A stretch of 16,446 nt of DNA from the IMG/VR virus record IMGVR_UViG_2636415673_000002, one strand, 5' to 3'. Shown one piece after another: positions 1 to 7,777 of this stretch. The translations under genes and the position numbers were made by a program. Source of the DNA: a virus (taxonomy: Duplodnaviria > Heunggongvirae > Uroviricota > Caudoviricetes). How positions within the stretch are numbered: position 1 is the stretch's first letter; each line of letters begins with the position of its first letter. Under the pieces are notes generated by a model. That model saw only the letters and a list, made by a program, of their open reading frames with translations. It made no database searches and was not told the origin of the DNA.

Positions 1-792
1 ATGCCATTAAATGGAGTCAGTGCTGCGATGCGCGAACGGGTATCGCAGCAGTTAAAAGAAATAGAATGTCGCTATGGCGTGAAAGTGCTGTACGCCTGCG
101 AATCAGGCAGCCGCGGCTGGGGATTTGCCTCGCCCGATAGCGACTACGATGTACGGTTTTTGTATGTCCATCCGCTGGAATGGTATCTGCGTGTAGAGTC
201 ACCGCGCGATGTTATCGAACTGCCTATCGACGACGAGTTAGATGTTTCCGGTTGGGAGTGGCGTAAGGCGCTGGGATTATTGAAAGGCGCGAATCCGACG
301 CTAATAGAATGGCTGGATTCTCCGGTGGTCTATCAACAAGATGAAGAAACGATAACGGCGCTTAAGGCAATGGTGCCAATGTGGTTTTCTTCGTTGCGTG
401 CACGCTGGCATTACTATTCGATGGCGCAGAAAAACTTCCGCGGCTATTTGCAGGGCGATGAAGTTCGACTGAAAAAATACTTTTACGTGCTGCGTCCGCT
501 GCTGGCCGTGCGCTGGGTCGAAGCGGGTAAAGGTGTGCCGCCAATGCGCTTTGCCGAGTTACTGGCGGGAAGCGAGCTTGATGCACCGTTACGTGCAGAA
601 ATAGACGAACTGCTGGAACGTAAACAGCGCGCGGGAGAAGCGGAATATGGTCCGCGCCGTCCTTTGTTACATGCGTTTATTCGCGCGGAGCTGGCGCGTG
701 GGGAAATTCCGCCGATTTTACCGGACAGTCGAGATGGAGATGTTCGGGAGCTAGATAATTTGCTGTATCAAACGGTAATGCGCCGGGCATAA
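1..792 (+). CDS. Pol-beta superfamily nucleotidyltransferase domain protein, function unknown
   Basis: 263-aa ORF with an N-terminal minimal NTase motif (ESGSRGWGFASPDSDYDV, i.e. GS-x9-DxD) followed by a helical C-terminal region. Convergent with the tail cluster and followed by a hairpin terminator. Family-level call only, from the motif. Confidence 0.6.
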   Translation: MPLNGVSAAMRERVSQQLKEIECRYGVKVLYACESGSRGWGFASPDSDYDVRFLYVHPLEWYLRVESPRDVIELPIDDELDVSGWEWRKALGLLKGANPTLIEWLDSPVVYQQDEETITALKAMVPMWFSSLRARWHYYSMAQKNFRGYLQGDEVRLKKYFYVLRPLLAVRWVEAGKGVPPMRFAELLAGSELDAPLRAEIDELLERKQRAGEAEYGPRRPLLHAFIRAELARGEIPPILPDSRDGDVRELDNLLYQTVMRRA

Positions 793-801
793 AGCCCGGC
801 G
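781..801. terminator. Bidirectional intrinsic-terminator-like hairpin between convergent genes
   Basis: Perfect 8-bp GC-rich inverted repeat cgccgggc / gcccggcg (781-788 and 794-801) with loop ataaa. The NTase stop codon (790-792) lies in the loop. On the + strand it is followed by a T-rich run (tgatttatt). It sits in the 13-bp gap between the two convergent ORFs. Confidence 0.5.
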
Positions 802-805
802 TGAT

Positions 806-1261
806 TTATTGCTGGTATTGCCAACTGCTGACTAAAGCGTACAAGTGGTTTGGAGAATAGCGCCAGCTTTCCTTCAGTTGCAGAAATTCAGCACAAAATT
901 CACTGCAAAACAGGCGATCGCGCTGTTCTTTATTACCGGTAATAATTCCTAATGCTCCGCGCCAGTCATATTTTTTGCCATCATGTTTACGGAAAAAAGT
1001 TTCCACATCCTGAAGGCTGGCCTGGAGCGGCAGCATATCCCACTTATCCGCTGGCAATGGCATTATTTTTCCGCGTACACCGCGATCGCGCAGTGATGCG
1101 GAGTAACAAAGGTAACTCTTTTCACCATGCTTAATGGCTAATTCACAGTGGGAATAATGACCACGTGTGATTTTACGGGTAAGCCAGTCAGCCAGTCGGG
1201 CAATACCACGGTGCTCTGTTCGGCCCTTATAACAAGCGAGCCAGACAGTGGTTTTACTCAT
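806..1261 (-). CDS. YiiX/YaeF-like permuted papain-fold (NlpC/P60 superfamily, Peptidase_C92-like) hypothetical protein
   Basis: 151-aa ORF whose ATG overlaps the stop of the upstream tail-fiber-assembly-like gene (ATGA at 1258-1261), so it is the last gene of the tail operon. Contains a His-before-Cys arrangement (GHYSHCEL near residue 33, then LFCSEFCAEF near residue 118) that resembles the HS-YSH and YCSE motifs of E. coli YiiX as I recall them. No signal peptide. Assignment is by motif memory only. Confidence 0.4.
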   Translation of the reverse strand: MSKTTVWLACYKGRTEHRGIARLADWLTRKITRGHYSHCELAIKHGEKSYLCYSASLRDRGVRGKIMPLPADKWDMLPLQASLQDVETFFRKHDGKKYDWRGALGIITGNKEQRDRLFCSEFCAEFLQLKESWRYSPNHLYALVSSWQYQQ

Positions 1262-1863
1262 GGTTGCCAGCCTGTTGAATAATCGTAGTCGAGCACCGCC
1301 TGAATATCGTCCAGTGCTTCCACCGCCGCGATATGGTGCTGGGCATTGGCGAACAGGCGCATATCGTGATCCATGGTGACCGATTCAAACTGGGCGGCGA
1401 TTTCGTTGGTTAACTCGATCAGACCGTTATTTTTAGTTTTCCACATTAAACCTGGAGGGATTTTTTTCTCCGCTCCCATTTTAGTGAGTGAAAGCTGTTG
1501 GATACGGCTATTTGTATCACTGTGGAAGTGATGGTTGTTGATGATGATGCAATCTACTGTTATTTCATCACGTCGATTTTTTATTTCCTGTGTAACCTGA
1601 GCCTTGGTATTCTCCAGTGCAACGGTAAATAACGTCTTGTTATACACCCATTTATCATCCTCTAAGATATAAAAGTTATCCGGAGGTGGCGTAGTGATAA
1701 TTTTGAATGGGTCAAGACATATCCAGCATGGTTTATCTTTTAACTGCCACTGCTCATCATCTACAGGAATTACTGAATCAGGTAATTCCACAGTAAAAGA
1801 GGCTGCATCTATCCAGTCAATAACCTCAAAGGTTACCGGATGGTAATACGCATATCGTGTCAT
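1258..1863 (-). CDS. Tail fiber assembly (Tfa-like chaperone) protein
   Basis: 201-aa ORF immediately downstream of the tail fiber gene with a 4-bp gap, the usual position of P2 G / lambda Tfa-type chaperones. GC content is clearly lower than the rest of the cluster (about 40 percent in sampled stretches). Call is mainly positional. Confidence 0.5.
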   Translation of the reverse strand: MTRYAYYHPVTFEVIDWIDAASFTVELPDSVIPVDDEQWQLKDKPCWICLDPFKIITTPPPDNFYILEDDKWVYNKTLFTVALENTKAQVTQEIKNRRDEITVDCIIINNHHFHSDTNSRIQQLSLTKMGAEKKIPPGLMWKTKNNGLIELTNEIAAQFESVTMDHDMRLFANAQHHIAAVEALDDIQAVLDYDYSTGWQP

Positions 1864-1867
1864 CTGT

Positions 1868-3637
1868 TCACCATAAAATTTTTATATAACCACCCAAGCC
1901 ACGACCGCCATTGCGGGCAACGTGGTTTACCCAAGTTGATCCTAAACCAGCCCCTCCCCCACCTCCCGCCCCATAACCAGAGCCGGATTGACCATCACTA
2001 TTCGCTCCTCCCAAGCCCCCTTTTCCATAAGGAGTATTTACTGCAGTTTCACCGTTGCTGGAGTATGTTTTGGGAACCTCTCCTACTGAGTTGGCGTGCG
2101 GGGAGTCGATAGTTATGATTTTACCTCCCCCCCCACCAGCACCGCCGGAAGCACTCTGTGAAGAAAAATGTGATGCTCCTCCTGGAATACCTGCTTGCCC
2201 CATTGCATCTTCGGGAATCCATCCCGGACCACGCTCTGGTATCACCTGTGTACCTCCAGCCCCTCCAGCCCCTCCGGACCCAACTGTAAAGGAATACATA
2301 TCTCCGGGTTTAACTGTGAGAGAGGCAATTATCAGTTCACCGGGTTTTCCTGCTCCGCCGCCTAGTCCAAATTTTGGATTCAGCATTGTCGAGCTTCCGG
2401 CGACTGCCCCACCTCCACCGCCCCCTCCGCCGCCTGACATTTCCAGAAGTATTTCTGTCACTCCAGCTGGCACGGTAAATGTTCCATTTGATGTATAGAA
2501 TCGGAATGAGGAATTGTTAATCCTGCTATATGCCTCACAGGCTTTATCATACGCCGCCTTCACCGCGCTCGGTGTCGCCGCCTCCGTCGTACTGTTGCTA
2601 TCCGTCGCGTTATTAAGCTTCACAATCCCTTTTTGCGACAGGGTGCCGTCTGGAACACCCGTAATCTGTCCCCATGGGTGAGTATGGTTTCCCGCAGCCT
2701 TACTATTCGCCAGGTCATATGCCGCCTTCACCGCGCTCGGTGTCGCCGCCTCCGTCGTACTGTTGCTATTGGTCGCGTTATTAAGTTTCACAATCCCTTT
2801 TTGTGTCAGGGTACCGTCAGGAATACTCGTAATCTGTCCCCAGGGGTGCGTATGACTACCCGCAGCCTTACTATTCGCCAGGTCATATGCCGCCTTCACC
2901 GCGCTCGGAGTCGCCGCCTCTGTAGTGCTGTTGCTATTGGTCGCGTTACTAAGCTTCACAATCCCTTTTTGCGTCAGTGTGCCATCTGGTATATCAGTAA
3001 TCTGACTCCAGGTATGACGATGATTTCGAGCCTCAATCAGTGCCGCTTTCACCGCTTTTGGCGTAGCCGCTTTGGTTTCGTCATCACTGTCAGTGGCGTT
3101 ACTCAACTGCGTAAAGCCTTTTTGTGTCAATGTAGCATCAGGGTGGTTAGTCGAATGTTCGTGTTCATCCAGTTGCGAATCGACGTAATCCCGTGTTGCC
3201 AGCACAATACTGGGATCAACGGTGAGTGTTACCGCAGTCGTGTTGGACACTTCCATAATGAGACGAATGCAAACTTGCTTACCGCAGCCGCCGGGTAATA
3301 GCGGTTTATACGACTCCGGGAATTTACCGATAGCAATGAGTTCACCATCGGTATCAAAAACGCCGACTTCACGTATATACCAGCCGCCGATATTTTCGGG
3401 CAGTACAAGTTCCGCAATTAACCAGCTAGGATTATTGGGCGCAACTGTTAATGTATTTAAATCACCGCGCCAGACCTCATGGCGTAATTTAGTTTGACTC
3501 GCCGTGGGTTCATAATATTGCCCACCGCCGTCTCCAACGGCCATCTTTTGCAGATGCAGTTGTTTTTTATCCGCAAGAGCACTGGCAATTTTTGCCATCC
3601 CTCTATTGGTCAGGAGGGTATAAAATTCATTATCCAT
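1868..3637 (-). CDS. Tail fiber protein (P2 gpH-like N-terminal domain, repeat shaft, glycine-rich C-terminal tip)
   Basis: 589 aa. The N-terminal roughly 160 aa carries P2 gpH hallmarks (MAVGDGGG, HEVWR, IAELVLP, ESYKP, ATRDYVD). Residues about 163-370 are 3 to 4 copies of a 56-aa repeat (TLTQKGIVKLSNATNS..TEAATPSAVKAAYDLANSKAAG.HTHPWGQIT), each with an HxH motif. Residues about 376-589 contain multiple polyglycine tracts. ATG at 3637. Confidence 0.85.
   Translation of the reverse strand: MDNEFYTLLTNRGMAKIASALADKKQLHLQKMAVGDGGGQYYEPTASQTKLRHEVWRGDLNTLTVAPNNPSWLIAELVLPENIGGWYIREVGVFDTDGELIAIGKFPESYKPLLPGGCGKQVCIRLIMEVSNTTAVTLTVDPSIVLATRDYVDSQLDEHEHSTNHPDATLTQKGFTQLSNATDSDDETKAATPKAVKAALIEARNHRHTWSQITDIPDGTLTQKGIVKLSNATNSNSTTEAATPSAVKAAYDLANSKAAGSHTHPWGQITSIPDGTLTQKGIVKLNNATNSNSTTEAATPSAVKAAYDLANSKAAGNHTHPWGQITGVPDGTLSQKGIVKLNNATDSNSTTEAATPSAVKAAYDKACEAYSRINNSSFRFYTSNGTFTVPAGVTEILLEMSGGGGGGGGGAVAGSSTMLNPKFGLGGGAGKPGELIIASLTVKPGDMYSFTVGSGGAGGAGGTQVIPERGPGWIPEDAMGQAGIPGGASHFSSQSASGGAGGGGGKIITIDSPHANSVGEVPKTYSSNGETAVNTPYGKGGLGGANSDGQSGSGYGAGGGGGAGLGSTWVNHVARNGGRGLGGYIKILW
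2528..3151 (-). repeat. Tandem 168-bp (56-codon) repeats inside the tail fiber shaft
   Basis: Near-identical DNA copies begin at 2553, 2721 and 2889 (period 168 bp), with a diverged copy near 3042. They encode the phage tail-fiber repeat with HxH motifs. Confidence 0.8.
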
Positions 3638-3639
3638 AA

Positions 3640-4272
3640 TTACTCCGGGTAAATAGATGTAATTTCAAGGCTCCATTGCCCTGTTCCGTAATAGATTGAT
3701 GTGTTTTGCTGTACTTCCCGTATCTGGAAAGGTAAAACCGACGTCAGTTCACCACCATAAAGTGCACAACCAATAACAGGAATAGCACTTTGGTTAATGA
3801 TCCAGACAATTAATGCTTCCAGTTTTGAACGTGTGTTTTTATATTCATGAATGAGTTCTACCAGATTATTGAAAAGGTTTTCATCCATGCCTTTATCCAC
3901 CAGCTCTATATCAACCTTAAAAAAATAAGCCTTCCCCCCATATTCAAACCATTCTGAAATAGTTCCTGGTAATGAGAGTATTTCCAGCACCCGCCGTACC
4001 GCCCAAATCGTTCCTTTATATTTATGCAGCTCAATGGCTTGCTTAATTAGCTCGCGCTTCTCCCGTTCATCGGTGGTAAATAACCAACCTTCCAGCCCCT
4101 GAACGTGAAATTGTTCTGCAAGGGCTGGTAATGCCGAAGCATCAACCAGGTCGACCAGATAAACCATCAACGCCGTAAGATCGAGTTGGGCAAAACGCTC
4201 GGCGGCGATATTTGCCAGAATCGAAAAACGCTCATCGCTGGCAAGCGGCGGCGGTGGCAGCAATTTATCCAT
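3640..4272 (-). CDS. Baseplate/tail protein I (P2 gpI-like)
   Basis: 210-aa ORF between the J-like gene and the fiber gene. Start overlaps the J stop by 8 nt, and the fiber ATG follows its stop with a 2-nt gap. Size and position match P2 gpI. Confidence 0.75.
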   Translation of the reverse strand: MDKLLPPPPLASDERFSILANIAAERFAQLDLTALMVYLVDLVDASALPALAEQFHVQGLEGWLFTTDEREKRELIKQAIELHKYKGTIWAVRRVLEILSLPGTISEWFEYGGKAYFFKVDIELVDKGMDENLFNNLVELIHEYKNTRSKLEALIVWIINQSAIPVIGCALYGGELTSVLPFQIREVQQNTSIYYGTGQWSLEITSIYPE

Positions 4273-5380
4273 CGCTAACTCCGGCGATCGTTACGTCTAT
4301 TGCAGTGCATTCCGCCCATTCATGCGCCTGCAAAATACGTTTTGTAGGCAAGTTCAGCACAACGTCATAGACGCCATCGACCTGTAACACTTTGATTATC
4401 TGGTTTGGCACAATGTCCTGCCCCAGATGTTTCTGCCGCTGTTGCGTCCAGAGGCTAATCGCTTTACGCGCCGCAGCCAGAGTTGTCTCCTGATCGGCGG
4501 TGGTAAACAGCGTTAGCTGCGCACGGATCTCATACGGCACTCGAAGAGCGCATTTCGCACTCACTTTGTCGGTCAGCGGACGTTTTTTCTCCTTGCTAAC
4601 CTCCTGTTCGATTTGCGCGAGCAGTTCTATTCCCGGCAGTCCGTTCAGGGTTAGCGGGTAGATCTCCACGCAGCCTTCTGGCAATCCCTCGTCCGGCCCC
4701 AGTACTGCAACGTCAATAATCGACTGGCTTACGGAAAGCGTATGAAAGCGGTAGGCACCATAGCTGCCCGCATTACTAAAGCTTTCTGGTGCCAGTTGGA
4801 TACGCTGGCGCAATGCGTCATCGCTCTCTTCACCGCAGCCGCCCGTTGACGCAGTCAGGTTGATTACGTTGATGTCATAATGACCAATCCTGTCGACCAG
4901 AGCGCTAATTTGTGCAGGCTGCCAGCCGTTACCCTGTTCACCTGCTGCGAGGCTGGTGGCAGGAACGGCGATATGCAAACTCCTGGCCGGGAGCAGAACA
5001 TCTTCATCGGTGGCGAACATCACGCTATCAGAGGCACTGGCCCGCGTCCCCTGGGGAATCAGGATATTGCTGGTATACGCACTGACAACCGAAAACTGCA
5101 ACGTCGTTTTTGCTGACTGCGCAGGCAAACGATGAACGCCCACCAGCTCCCCTAAATAATCCAGCATTGGCGCGCGGGAATACGCGACCAGGTTCTGTTT
5201 CGCCGCTTCCTGAATGGCGATGCGTACAAGGTTTTCACGATAGGCAAAAAGGTCAATCAGCAACCGCTCGGCCTGTGCCGGGTAGAGCTTTTTGCCGCTG
5301 GCATCTTCGTATTGCGCAATCATCTCGCTGGTAATTTGCGCAGGATCGCGTTCAATAAAATTGGGTTCGGCTATCGCCAT
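4265..5380 (-). CDS. Baseplate J-like protein (P2 gpJ / T4 gp6-like wedge)
   Basis: 371-aa ORF with a GGAGG Shine-Dalgarno upstream of the ATG at 5380. Positioned between the W-like and I-like genes as in P2. Confidence 0.8.
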   Translation of the reverse strand: MAIAEPNFIERDPAQITSEMIAQYEDASGKKLYPAQAERLLIDLFAYRENLVRIAIQEAAKQNLVAYSRAPMLDYLGELVGVHRLPAQSAKTTLQFSVVSAYTSNILIPQGTRASASDSVMFATDEDVLLPARSLHIAVPATSLAAGEQGNGWQPAQISALVDRIGHYDINVINLTASTGGCGEESDDALRQRIQLAPESFSNAGSYGAYRFHTLSVSQSIIDVAVLGPDEGLPEGCVEIYPLTLNGLPGIELLAQIEQEVSKEKKRPLTDKVSAKCALRVPYEIRAQLTLFTTADQETTLAAARKAISLWTQQRQKHLGQDIVPNQIIKVLQVDGVYDVVLNLPTKRILQAHEWAECTAIDVTIAGVSDG

Positions 5381-5730
5381 AACACCTCCGTTGAGTTGAT
5401 TACGCCGTCAGCGGCGCGCCATTGCACACGTAACGTCAGATGTTCACCGTCGATTACAGGTGTCACCTTCAGCAACCGGCAGCGCGGTTCCCACTGGCGG
5501 ATGGCCTCTACCGACTCCCGTACCACATGCGGGATCGCCCGCTCGATGGGATAATCGATGTAGTGCCACAAATTGCTGCCAAACAGCGGTCTGTGGGGAT
5601 CACTGCCGCGCGGTGTACGCAGAATGATGTGTATTGCCTGGTGAATATCATCCAGTCCGCAGACGTATTCTTCAGGCCGCTGCAAGGCCGGTTGCCAGTG
5701 CAGCGTTGAGGGGCGTGTTTTTGTGTTCAT
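5371..5730 (-). CDS. Baseplate protein W (GPW/gp25-like)
   Basis: 119-aa ORF containing a gpW/gp25-type motif (IHIILRTPRGSDPHRPLFGSNL). Lies immediately upstream of the J-like gene with a 10-nt overlap. The RBS is weak. Confidence 0.75.
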   Translation of the reverse strand: MNTKTRPSTLHWQPALQRPEEYVCGLDDIHQAIHIILRTPRGSDPHRPLFGSNLWHYIDYPIERAIPHVVRESVEAIRQWEPRCRLLKVTPVIDGEHLTLRVQWRAADGVINSTEVLWR

Positions 5731-5789
5731 GAGGGTATTTTCGCCCTGACCGGGCTGTGGAGATATTAAAGCGATTTAGAAAACTGATT

Positions 5790-5825
5790 GATTAAAAAGA
5801 GAAAACCCGCTATCAGGCGGGTTAA
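5790..5825 (-). terminator. Intrinsic terminator-like hairpin between the spike (V) and W genes
   Basis: Minus-strand RNA reads AACCCGC-CUGAUA-GCGGGUU followed by UUCUCUUUUUAAUC. The 7-bp GC-rich stem (plus 5804-5810 and 5817-5823) starts 5 nt after the V stop codon. Confidence 0.5.
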
Positions 5826-5828
5826 AAG

Positions 5829-6530
5829 TCAGTGTGAATGGTGGTTGGAGTTGCCACCGCTGTCCTGCAATGCGCCGCTGGCCTGAACGTTGCCGATCAC
5901 GTTGACATTGCCGGTTATCGTGGCGGCGTTACCGATGCCTCCACTTCCTGCCATCCCACCAAGCCAGGTGAGTTTTTTCATCACCGTGACGTTGCCGGTA
6001 AAGGTACTGAGCGGTGCGTCTACCGTTACAGCCATCGCTTTAACATCGACCTTACTGGCTTCAATGCTGACGTCGGTGGCTTTCACATCAACAGTGTCGG
6101 AAGTCACGGTGACGTGTTGGGCTTTAACCTCAACGTTGGGCGATATCAGGCTGGTACGGTCGATAACCTCAATCACGATTTTTTCGATACCACCGTTAAT
6201 CGTAAGCTGGTGGGTGCTGCGGTCATATTCAAACGCTGCGCCATCGGAAAACTGGACATAGCGTTTGTCGCGCGATGCTACTGGCGCGGTATCTACCGTT
6301 GAATATACTGCGCCCAGCACCACGCCATCTTCACCGTTATCATCCAGCAGAACCTCCACCTGCTCTCCCATGTCCGGTAGCCAGTAGTCTTTATTGTCCT
6401 GGGAATTGCGTTGAAGTACCGCAAGCCAGTTGCTCTTCAGATTGTCACACTCTGGAAGCGTGACTCGCACCCGAACGCTGGTTTCGTCAATATCGCTGAT
6501 AATCCCCGTTTGCCGGGTTACTCCTTTCAT
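5829..6530 (-). CDS. Baseplate spike protein (P2 gpV-like)
   Basis: 233-aa ORF with a strong AGGAGG RBS. N-terminal OB-fold-like region followed by a repetitive beta-helix-like segment (VxVxA repeats, e.g. VDVKATDVSIEASKVDVKAMAVTVDA) and a His-rich C-terminus (NHHSH), consistent with metal-binding spike apexes described for P2 gpV. Confidence 0.8.
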   Translation of the reverse strand: MKGVTRQTGIISDIDETSVRVRVTLPECDNLKSNWLAVLQRNSQDNKDYWLPDMGEQVEVLLDDNGEDGVVLGAVYSTVDTAPVASRDKRYVQFSDGAAFEYDRSTHQLTINGGIEKIVIEVIDRTSLISPNVEVKAQHVTVTSDTVDVKATDVSIEASKVDVKAMAVTVDAPLSTFTGNVTVMKKLTWLGGMAGSGGIGNAATITGNVNVIGNVQASGALQDSGGNSNHHSH

Positions 6531-6539
6531 ATTTCCTCC

Positions 6540-7580
6540 TTACTGGCTGGTCGCTGGCCCGCGTGACACGTCGATTTCAGTGGTATAGCCGCTGCGCACA
6601 AAACTGTGAGTAGATTTATCAATCAGCCACTGACCGGAAAGCACGCCAAAATCGGTCAGTTCAATTTTATTGCCCGCCGTCAGTTCCGGGCAGCCCATCA
6701 TTGTGAGCGTTCCGGTTTGCTGATATTCGTTGTGGCTGTCGAGTGCAGCGTTGGCCTTTGCCTGTGCTGCGCCAATGTCCGTCGCCCGACTGTTCAGTTT
6801 TAGCGTGTCGGCACTGGTGCCGACTCCACGGGCAGACGGTTTTTGCTGGCTGTCGTGGGTGTAGATAACCAGTTCTTTTTTCTTACTATTTTGATGCTGT
6901 ACGGTGGCGTTTTTGTAGATACGGTTAATGGTATCTTTGAAGGTGAAATGCGAAACGTCTTTGCGGTCGATCGTTTTTACCGGTGCCAGGCAGCGCAGCG
7001 TGGGTAAATGTGAAAAAATCAGCTCTTTTGTCGTCACTTTTACGGCATAACCATATTCACTGGCCAGACGTTTGAGAAATCCAACATCGGTTTCACCATA
7101 CTGCGTTACCCGGTCGATGGTGAGCGGCTCGATTTTGCCCACCAGTTTCAGACCGTGCGTTTGCGCGATACGGCTGGCGATAGCCGAAAGCGTCGTCTCT
7201 TCAAAGCCCTGGCTGTTACGCGTGCGTAGCGCCTGATTGACGGAAGTGGCGATGCCATCAATATTTACCGTAGAAGGTGGCGATGAAATATCAATTTTAT
7301 CAATAATATACTGACCACAATCGAGCAGCTTTTCCCCCTGATAACCCATATGCAGCGCCAGCGTATCGCCTTTGCCGGGATACCACTCTTTTATCCAGCG
7401 TCCATCGGTGTCATCCAGTGTAATCGCGATGGTATCCGACTCGTTTTTAATACTGTCCTGGTAACTGATGCTGGTGACATAAGGCGTGATGTCATAAGTG
7501 ATATCTTTATGCCCATACCAGAGGGTAAAAATGGGCGTGAGTGTTGCAAAGACGCCGCCAGTTACGCTTATCTCAGCCAT
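6540..7580 (-). CDS. Tail hub protein (P2 gpD-like, late control gene D family)
   Basis: 346-aa ORF immediately upstream of the spike gene. Size and position match P2 gpD. Confidence 0.75.
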   Translation of the reverse strand: MAEISVTGGVFATLTPIFTLWYGHKDITYDITPYVTSISYQDSIKNESDTIAITLDDTDGRWIKEWYPGKGDTLALHMGYQGEKLLDCGQYIIDKIDISSPPSTVNIDGIATSVNQALRTRNSQGFEETTLSAIASRIAQTHGLKLVGKIEPLTIDRVTQYGETDVGFLKRLASEYGYAVKVTTKELIFSHLPTLRCLAPVKTIDRKDVSHFTFKDTINRIYKNATVQHQNSKKKELVIYTHDSQQKPSARGVGTSADTLKLNSRATDIGAAQAKANAALDSHNEYQQTGTLTMMGCPELTAGNKIELTDFGVLSGQWLIDKSTHSFVRSGYTTEIDVSRGPATSQ

Positions 7581-7777
7581 GGTGGGATCTCCGATAAGGT
7601 TTTATTGACGGAAATGACCGGAATGATGAGCTGAATACCGGAAGGCAGTACCGGATAAATGGCGACATGTGGATTGGCTGCGATAATGCGTTCATAAGCC
7701 AGTGCATCGCCGTAGTAATGCCAGGCCAGGTTATCCCAGCGTTCGCCATCGGTGGTGATATGTTCAAGGTATCGCAT
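7568..7777 (-). CDS. Tail protein X (P2 gpX-like, LysM-like)
   Basis: 69-aa ORF with the gpX-like pattern (W-x-YYG ... AANP ... VLPSG..L.IP). Start overlaps the gpU-like stop, and its 3' end overlaps the D-like start. Confidence 0.7.
   Translation of the reverse strand: MRYLEHITTDGERWDNLAWHYYGDALAYERIIAANPHVAIYPVLPSGIQLIIPVISVNKTLSEIPPWLR

Noticed and set aside
952-1134. 60-aa + strand ORF
   Set aside because: Antisense to the YiiX-like ORF, short, and lacking a Shine-Dalgarno.
2055-2498. 147-aa + strand ORF rich in Pro (PPPPAPP tracts)
   Set aside because: It is the antisense reading of the glycine-rich (GGN codon) region of the tail fiber gene. Poly-Pro arises from reverse-complemented Gly codons. 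No RBS or context supports it.
2633-3298. 221-aa + strand ORF with internal repeats
   Set aside because: Antisense to the tandem-repeat shaft region of the fiber gene. Its repetitiveness simply mirrors the 168-bp DNA repeats.
5838-6302. + strand ORFs of 154 and 123 aa antisense to the spike gene
   Set aside because: Embedded antisense in the well-supported gpV-like CDS, with no independent signals.
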